60,000 nt of DNA. It comes from Camelus dromedarius (Eukaryota). The notes below the pieces were generated by a model. That model worked only from the letters and a program-made list of their open reading frames with translations, had not been told where the DNA came from and did not search any database. Below are positions 51,878 through 60,000 of this stretch, piece after piece. The DNA is taken from NCBI RefSeq assembly GCF_036321535.1, contig NC_087436.1:51834001-51894000 (forward strand), given 5' to 3'. Position 1 is the first letter of the stretch. Each line of letters begins with the position of its first letter. The translations under genes were made by a program, and so were the position numbers.

Positions 51878-52220
51878 TGTCATGGACTAAATGTTTATGT
51901 CCACCAAAATTCAACTGTTGAAATCCTAAGCCCCAATGTGGTAACATTAGGAAGTGAGGCCTCTGGGAAATAATTAGATCATGAGGGTAGAATCCTCATG
52001 AAGCGGATGAGTGCCTTTATAATATGACATAGTAGAATCTGCTCCCTCTCTTTGCTCTCTGTCATGTGACGATACAATAAGACTACCATTTGCAAACCAG
52101 AAATTGAGCCTTCACCAGACACTGGATTGCTAGCACCTTGAAGTTGGACTTCCCAGCCTCCACAATTGTGAAAAATCAATGTTTGTTATTTAAGTCACCC
52201 AGTCACCCAGTATTCTGTTG
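51878..52220. mobile_element. MLT1A/B solo LTR
   Basis: tgtcatggactaaatgtttatgtcc...cttcccagcctccacaattgtga...aactaagaca. Confidence 0.8.
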
Positions 52221-52989
52221 TAGCATCCTGAACTAAGACAAAAGTGAATTCTCTCAACCTATTCATTCTTTCAGGTATTCATTTATGTGAAATTAATGAA
52301 CATCTACTATGTGCCCAGCATGGTAGGAGGTGCTAGAAATACAGAAATAAATACTTGCCCTTTGAGTATTTAGTGGGAGAGGCATACAATTACAATCATT
52401 GGGGAAAAGACTATACTTATGTAATATGGTGATCGAGGCCAGCCTCATGCCTCTAGTGAGGTGCTGAGGAAAGAAGCCCTCATTTGGAGATAGGGAACTT
52501 TACTTCCAGGTTGTGTATATTTTATATATTGCCTATTTCTCAGTTTCCCTCTTTTATAAGTGAGAATAATTTTAATATCCACCTTATAGAATATTATGAG
52601 AGGTTAATAATATAATTCAGGTAAAATGATTAGTGAGTTCTCAATAAAAATAGATTTTTAGAAAATTCAGTAAGTGGACAATATATTTTAGTAGATAGGA
52701 GCTTGGCTTTTGGAGTTGAACAGATTAGTTTTGAATATCAGCTTTGCCATTTAATATCTGTGTGTCCTTAGGATATTCCTTAACCTTTAAGTATATCGTC
52801 ATTTATAGGGTGAGAATTATGAGTGTTCCTTTCTGGTTTGCTGATGATAAAACTGTAAAATGCATGCAAGCACTTATTAAAGTGCCAGTATATTTTTCAG
52901 TGCTTAATAAATGTCAGCTATTTTTAAATAAAGCATCAAAGGTACCACAAAGCCCTCATAAGCATATAATATGGTACAATATGTATCAG

Positions 52990-53490
52990 AGTACAGAATG
53001 TCTTAGGTCAGATATCTTAGAGGTAGAGCCTAAGACAGGGATTCTTATTCCAGTGATTTATTGAGGACGTGCTCTCAGGAGAGGAGAGGAGGGGAAACAG
53101 GATAAGGTAGTGGAACAAACTAACCAAGCATGTAGTCCTAGTTAGACTCTAGCTTCAGTCTGATCCCTTGGGAAATTTTCAAAGCACAGATTGCACCACA
53201 GATTTACTCCCACATTATAGCAAGTGGACCAGCCACTGTACTGCTTTATCAGTTTGTCATTGGCAAACTTCTTGAGGAAATGGAAGGTAGAGTCAGCCCT
53301 CTAAGAAAGAAGTTCCCTATTGGGGAAGAGCAATTCTCTGGAAAAGGGGCAATAGTGAATTACCATTAGTCAACAATCCAGTTGATGGTGGATACAAATA
53401 TGTAATTGATACAAATAAATGAAGGTGGGTGATGAATATAAATGAATGAAGGCATCTTTAGTGGGACATCAACAGCATGCACTATACAGC
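52990..53490. mobile_element. MLT1 (I/J-like) LTR
   Basis: tgtcttaggtcag...gcctaagacagggattcttattccagtgatttattgagg... Confidence 0.55.
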
Positions 53491-53571
53491 AGAAGGGGAA
53501 GATATATGTTAAAGGTCTAGACGTACTGTTATTAATGAAATTGATAGTTTAATAGTTTAGCTTCCTGGAAG

Positions 53572-53759
53572 TCAAAGAAGACGAGGCTTCAAAGTTTTTC
53601 TTAATTTATAAAAGTAACTTGATATCTTCTGTTTGGCTCTCTGGAGCTGTTTTATACCCTTCTCTTCTTTGGGCTGTATCTTCTGGAAGTTGGAATACAT
53701 GAACTGCATCAAGTGTTCTCTTGATATTTGGCTTTTGATGGGTGAGGCCAATGGGATCA
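53572..53759 (-). pseudogene. Terminal exon of an unidentified gene (open reading IPLASPIKSQISREHLMQFMYSNFQKIQPKEEKGIKQLQRAKQKISSYFYKLRKTLKPRLL*)
   Basis: Strong acceptor ttcttcttgctcattttctcctccAG (AG at 53761-53760), then a phase-1 open frame of 62 codons ending in TGA. Family not recognised; it could also be a functional last exon. Confidence 0.5.
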
Positions 53760-54469
53760 CTGGAGGAGAAAATGAGCAAGAAGAACTCCTTGCCTCTGGG
53801 TTTAAATGAAGTGGTCATGTGCCTTCTCTGCAGGTCATAGGACCTTTGGGGAGCCCACTTTCTCGGGGTTTGTAATTACTCCCTCTTCTTGTCGTTTTAG
53901 GTGGAGGAGTGGTAATAGCACTTTGCTGTTGCTGTCCTCACACTAGAACACATACACTGCCTATACCATTGTAAAGAGTTTCCTTACTAAACTTCGTTTA
54001 AAGTAGTCAAATACAGTTTGCTACCTATTTCCTGACTAGTTTAGGGGGTACATCATTTAATTACAAAAATGAAAATTTTCCTTGCACTAAATTCTAGACA
54101 CAGTTTGTTACATAAATAAATTCTGACTTAAAATACATTGAGTATGGTAGACAATACATGAGACGATCTTCATATGGACTTTTTTCTGGAAATCTTTCAT
54201 AGTATTGAATTAATACTAAATCGCAATTCATCAAAATTATTACTATAGAAAGTTAAAATAATACATCCCAGGAAATTGGTGCTTTCACATAAGAATTACC
54301 TTATGCCTGTATGCAAATAAGTTCAGCTGGAAAACTTTGTCTTTCACAGAAAATCCAGAATCAAATTCCAAGTCAGTTAATTCTTCCTTAAAAGTATATA
54401 TGGTTATCAAAACATTTTCTAACATCTAGTTTTTAAAAATCTAAGGAAATACACACAAATTCTCTTCCC

Positions 54470-56060
54470 CCCAAATTTTAAGCAATACTGACAGAAATTA
54501 AAGGCCTAAATAAATGGAGAAATACCATGTTCATGGATTGAAGGACTCAGTATTATAAAGATTTTAACAAAAATCAATCTAAAAATCAAATGCAATCCTA
54601 ATTAAAATCCCAGTGGACTTTTGGTAGAAATATGTAGTGAAATGCTATTAACGAAGGCAACCTCAAAGAAGAACAAGTTGGGGCAATCTGTTTTATTCAA
54701 TGTCAAAATAATTTTGAATTTCTAACTCAATGTCTAAAGAACTACAACAATAAAGTGCAGTATTGGGTGCAAGAATAGATGAATAGACTAATGGATCAGA
54801 ATACAGTGTTCAGAAATGGATCTGTACATATATGTATACTTGATTTATGTCTAATGTGGTGCTTCAGAACAGTGGCAAAGGGCAGTCTTTTCAATAAATA
54901 GTGTTATGTTAATTGGATATCCATATGGAAAAAATAAAGCTTATCACCACCAGTTCCAGAAGGAGTATAGAACAAAATGTGAAATGTAAAAAAATCTAGA
55001 AGATAACAAAGAGAATATCTTTATAACTGTGGAAGTGGCAAAGATTTCTGAAAACATGAAATGTGCTTTATCAAAAGGTGCCATTAAGACAGCAAAGAAG
55101 GCAAGTTACAGAGGAAGAGAAGATAACAACCGAAAAACAGGCTGGTATCCAAGATATAGAGAGAAGTTCTAAAGATCATTGAGAAAAAGACAAGTCTATA
55201 TGGCAATAGACTTGAAAAGTCACTCACAAAAAAAGAGTATCAAAATAGGCAAAAAAATCTATGAAAATGTGCTCTTTATCATTACATATCAGGGAAATGG
55301 AAGATAAAGACATAAATTTGGGAGGTGTGTAGTGGTATGCCACCAGAATGGTAAAAACAAAAACAAAACAGAGAAAAACAAGTATTGGTAAGAGCATGGA
55401 ACAACAAGAGCTACTATCAATTTCTGGGGAGTGGAGTGTAAATTGTTACAGCACTTTGGAAAACTGTTTACCAGTATTTACTCAAGATGATCATAAGCAT
55501 ACTTCATAATCTTGAAATATAACTCCTATGTATTATATCCGAAAGAAATGAACACATATGCACAAATGGAAAGTTCAGTAGTATTCACTGCAGCATTATT
55601 GGTAAAAGTCCAAAACTAGAAATAACCAAAATGTTCATCAACAATAAAATATTTAAATAAATATACATACATAGTAATAATATTCAGCAGTGAAAATTTA
55701 AAAAATAGTTACACACACAAAACAGGTGAGTTGAGTGAAAGAAGGCAGATACATCATGTTAATATTATTTGATTCCACTTTCATAAACCTCAAACTGGCA
55801 AAAAACACCCCAACTTATCTATGGTATTATAAACTCTAAGATTGGCTACCTTTAGGGAGAAGAAAGGGCTTAATCATCGGGAAGGGGTCCAAGATGGAGA
55901 ATGGGTGATTCCGGGATACTGGTAATGTTATATTTCTTGTGTCTGTCAAGATTACACAAGTGTGTTTACTTTGCAATAATTCATTAAACTATACATTTAA
56001 GACTTTTTCACTTTTTCTGTTAGTATGTTATATGTCATTAGCTTTTTAAAAAAAAAATTA
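54470..56060 (+). mobile_element. Old L1 ORF2 3' part and 3'UTR
   Basis: ctaaataaatggagaaataccatgttcatggattgaaggactcagtatt... through the 3'UTR. Confidence 0.75.
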
Positions 56061-56709
56061 TACAGATTCAAACAGAGGAGGAAAATGATCAAATTGCGGT
56101 AGTCAAGTTTAAAGCTTTTGTGGTAGTAACTTGGACTGGAAGGACTTTCTAGAAAATCTAATCAGTTTGACATGGTTCCCTCTTAGGGCGTGTATATATT
56201 TGTGTGTTATCCAATATATCATTTGTATGTTATCCAGTATATTTTCTGCATTACTTTAATGTGTCTATTCATAGACAGAAAAGGAAAGGAAGGGAAATGG
56301 ATATTCTGCAGCATATACACCATGTAAGGCACAATGATAGTTGCTTTATATATTTTTTAAACAATCATTAGACTACCATGGTAGCTATTGTTCACCTTTT
56401 TCAGGTTAAGACTCAGAAATGTTAAATACCCTGCCTACGATCATATATCTAAAGGCTATATATCCAAGGACATAGCTAGTAAATGTCAAGTCTGATTTCA
56501 TAACCGACTGTTTAGCTCCATAGGATTGTATACACTGGTCATCAAACAGTGTGACATGGGAACAGTCTGAACTCCACTGTTTGACTTTAAGGTCAAGAGA
56601 CCAGAACTTATACCACTACTCCATCATTTACTACCTGTAGAGCCCTGGGGTGAGATACTACATTGTTCTGAGCCTTGGTTTCCTTATTTCTCAAATAGAA
56701 AACTGGAGA

Positions 56710-57095
56710 TGTTGGTGCTCTCCCAGATCCTCTTGACCATCCCGAGAACCTATCCCCCATCTGCTGTGAGTATTGACTAGAAAATGGCCCCCAGAGTAGT
56801 GGTCAAACAGGAACTTCCGCCTGTCCAGAGATCTTGACCAATGCCTGACAGGTACAAAAGGTCAACCCCTTGTGTCAAGGGGCTCCAACTCTGTGGTGCA
56901 GCTGGTGCTCAGAGCTTTTCAGTGGGAATAGACTGAAGCTCATGACAGGAAGCTCAGATGAAACTTCCTTCTTACTTAGTTTTTATTTCCTATCCTGTCC
57001 TGCTTCCCATGAGCTCCCTTCTCCTGAGGGTGCTTTTCCAATAAATCATTGGAAAAGAATCTCCATCTCAGATTTTGCTTTTAGATCACTTAAAA
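56710..57095. mobile_element. ERVL LTR (LTR16-like)
   Basis: tcccagatcctc...caataaatcattggaaaagaatctccatctcagattttgctttt. Confidence 0.5.
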
Positions 57096-57651
57096 TGAAA
57101 ACATCCACTAAAATAGTATAAGAATAAAATGAAATGCATAGGAAATATTTTAACTGTAGAGTGCTATAAATGTTCAATATGAATATTATGCAGAATTATG
57201 AAACAAGTAAAGTTCATTACTTTTCTGCCTTTTTCCTTGAGTATTAAAAATGACCACCTTTCAGACCTAGTATACTTGTGTTCTCACTTCTCTTTCACAT
57301 TTTGAAACAAAAAATTAGTTAATATTTTAATCCTTGGCCCCTTAGCTAATCAAAGTGTTGTGGTCTTAAAGTCATCAGGTGTTTAAGAATATGAAAAGAA
57401 AAGATGGATTTGGTCAGCTGGCCTTGGTCATAGTAGTTTAGTCTGGGTGAATATATTTTGCTAATCTAGAGGTATTCAATGTTTTGCTTGAATATCTCCT
57501 AAAATTTTCTAATTATATTTTTAGTTGCTACCTAAAGTTTTATATTGAAGGCTTAATAGTTAAACATGATTATAAGTTATAGCAAATTGTATATTGCATT
57601 TGTATGTTAACTATTTTTCATCAAAATATTAGAGCATCAAATTAAACTTAC

Positions 57652-58324
57652 TTAATTGAGAGGAAAAATATCTGCTGAAGAACTTAATTGGCAAAGCCAG
57701 TTCTTAATTGTGAAACCAGTAATCTAAATTAGGCTTCTCTGTCAAAAAAGCTGACTTCTTTTCAGTCACAGTAAACATATAAATATACATCTCCACTATC
57801 ACTTCACTTCTGAATTCTAAGATATGTAAGTAATACATGGTTTGGGGAGATAGATAAAGGCACAGGAGCCTAGCTTTCTCTTAGGTAAGAAGGGCACTTT
57901 CCTCTCCAATATTCTGACTGCTGCCTTTATAGCTTCATCATCTTGTGATGCCCAGCATCACTTCTCAAACTGTTTCTTTGTTTGGCATCCTGGAAGTGCC
58001 TTGGGATAACACACCATACTGATTTCAGATGAGTGAAGAGAAGGCAAAAGGGTCTGTGAAGAGAGATGGAAAAGAAGTGGCAGGTCCCCGGAGATGCCTT
58101 GACAGATCAGTTTTAAGAAAGACTAAGGATGAACTTTGAGGATCCAGAAAATGGACCTCTGGAAATGTTCCTACCTGAGTAACCTCTGCAAAGCCTTCCT
58201 ATATCCCCAGGGCTATGTGTTTTACCACCTTAGTCTCTGGGTTATCTCACGTTCAGACAGATGCCTGAGGGTAAGGGACCTCCATTGGACTCTATCCAGG
58301 ATTCCTCCCAGGCAGAGTCTGTAG
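57652..58324 (-). pseudogene. Probable upstream exons of the same unidentified minus-strand gene
   Basis: Exon-like 57816-57652 (165 nt, AG..|GTAAGT, phase 1-1, one in-frame stop, phase-compatible with the exon at 53759). Exon-like 58324-58175 (150 nt, ttttttcAG..CAG|GTAGGA, two stops). Confidence 0.4.
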
Positions 58325-58829
58325 CTGAAAAAATTCTCCAAAGAAAGGAATCTTACAGGGGAATATATCATTATGTACCCAGTCTTACTCCATAGAACTG
58401 TGCACCCATGATTCATGCAAAATCATAGGGAGGATATTTGAAATGAGGCTGCTGAACAGATAAAACATTCAGCATATAGCCAAAGCCTTCCAAGGTTGGA
58501 CAGAAGACCTAGCTACAAACACTCAGTAGAGTTCTCAGTTCTGAGTTAAGCCAGTGTATTTCCTGTCTTAGGAATATTTTCACATTAGTCTATCCATAAA
58601 GGGACAAAATGCTATACTCTGAGACTTAAGAACTTCATCCAACAGAAAGGACACTATTTGGGGGATTGGAAAAGGGATAGGAGTGAGGTCATACTTACTC
58701 CTAAGGTGGTAAGTCCATTACAGAGGTGGAAGAGACTAATTTGAAGTAATATGAGAAATGATATAATTTTTAAAAACTATGTACCTTCAATGAGGTATTT
58801 GGTTGTTTTCTTGTACTATCCCTGTAGCC

Positions 58830-59272
58830 TAGTGGTTTTCAGTCCTGAATGGCAGGTGTTCTCAGTGTGCACCCGTATCCTCTCCAAACCTTTTCCATTT
58901 TCATGCACAGCAGTTCCCGTGTGCTTTTATCTGCATCCTCAGATGTCCCTGGCCTTTGCATCAGTGTGGAGAGAGCCGAAACAGCCTAGGCATTTATGTC
59001 TCCACCAATGACTACTGGGTAAAATACTCAGCTCTCTGGTCCCTGATGGGGACAGCTTGGAAGTATGACTTACCAGTCTGCAGAGGTCCCCTGCAGGATT
59101 GAACCAAAGTTCCCATTCCTGGGTCTTTGCTTGACAGTAGACCCTTGCCTGGCTTCCTCCCCTTCCCTGTCAGTTGCCATACTTTTCTGTGGCTTTTCCT
59201 TGGAACACTCCTAATAAATCACTGTTATATGAATCTTCATTTCAGGATATGTATCTGGGGACCCCAACCTTA
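58830..59272. mobile_element. ERVL LTR (LTR16/33-like)
   Basis: ...ctaataaatcactgttatatgaatcttcatttcaggatatgtatctggggaccccaacct. Confidence 0.5.
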
Positions 59273-59565
59273 CATTCTGACTATCCATTAGAATTACCTG
59301 GGATGTTGATGTATTTGGGAGAATGGAAATTCTTCATCCAGGCCATGAATGAGAAAAACAAAGTGACTTTTTACCCTAAAGAATTAAATCATAAACTTTA
59401 CCTTTTTGTAAATATATAACATGGTCCTATGTGATGTGTTATGTGTGTGTGCATGCACATATATGAGAAAGAGACAGAGAGACTGGGAGATACAGATGCA
59501 TAAAGAGACATTCTCTCATGATATTTAGAATAATTGCTGACCTTGAATTGGAAAAAAGTATACAT

Positions 59566-59962
59566 TGTAGTTATCGGTCTGGGTGTGTAACAGAACCAAC
59601 AGGAAATACAGATATATGTATCTTTATGTGTGTATGTGTGTGTATAAAGAGATTTGTTTAAAGAATTGGCTCACACAATTGCAAACTGATGAGTCTGAAA
59701 TCTGTAGGGCAGACTGGCTGTTTTGAAACAGGCAGGAGTTGATGCTGCAGTCTTCGAGGAGAATTCTTTCTTCTCCAGGAAACCTCAGGTATTGCTCTCA
59801 AGGCCTTCAACTGATTGGATGAGGCCCTCACTTAAAGTCAGTTGATTGGAGATGTTAATCACATCTACAAAATACCTTCACAGCACAATCTAGACTAGTG
59901 TTTGGTTAAATAACTGGGTATAGCAGCCTAGTCAGGTTGACACAAAAAGCAACTCATCATAC
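59566..59962. mobile_element. MLT2B-like LTR
   Basis: aacagaaccaacagga...aagaattggctcacacaattg...gccttcaactgattggatgaggcc...caggttgacaca. Confidence 0.75.
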
Positions 59963-60000
59963 TGTAGAAGTAATAAAGAAGAAAAAAAAATTGTTTTGTT

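Noticed and set aside
58211..58270. 60-nt plus-strand exon (ccccAG..AGG|GTAAGG)
   Set aside because: Isolated, overlaps a better-supported minus-strand exon, and has no partner exons; a lncRNA exon cannot be excluded but is unsupported.
1..60000. Prokaryotic features (CRISPR, operons, rRNA/tRNA genes)
   Set aside because: The sequence is mammalian; the only tRNA-like sequences are SINE heads, and no repeat-spacer array was seen.

Overview
AT-rich mammalian genomic DNA, most likely a camelid (alpaca/camel-type tRNA-derived SINEs and camelid-style L1 3' ends), with many L1, MaLR/ERVL LTR, MIR/L2 and DNA-transposon fragments. I found no intact protein-coding gene, and the ORF track is mostly noise. 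Reading between splice signals and across stops and frameshifts by eye shows what looks like a fossil cluster of ion-channel genes. (1) The 3' half of a TRPM2-like channel, from S1 to a NUDT9-H domain (+, <1-8.6 kb). (2) A compact TRPC-like gene, from ankyrin repeats to coiled coil (-, 9.7-14.0 kb). (3) An HCN/KCNH-like channel with S1-S6, C-linker and CNBD (-, about 23.3-27.1 kb, possibly extending to about 22 kb). (4) A four-repeat cyclic-nucleotide-gated channel with CNGK architecture (+, 27.4-51.0 kb). A fifth, unidentified degenerate multi-exon gene lies on the minus strand at 53.6-58.3 kb, and an orphan CpG island sits inside the CNGK-like fossil at 45.5-46.1 kb. All protein assignments come from manual motif alignment of heavily decayed sequence against remembered family sequences and need confirmation by a frameshift-aware HMM or tblastn search. 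Exon boundaries are approximate.
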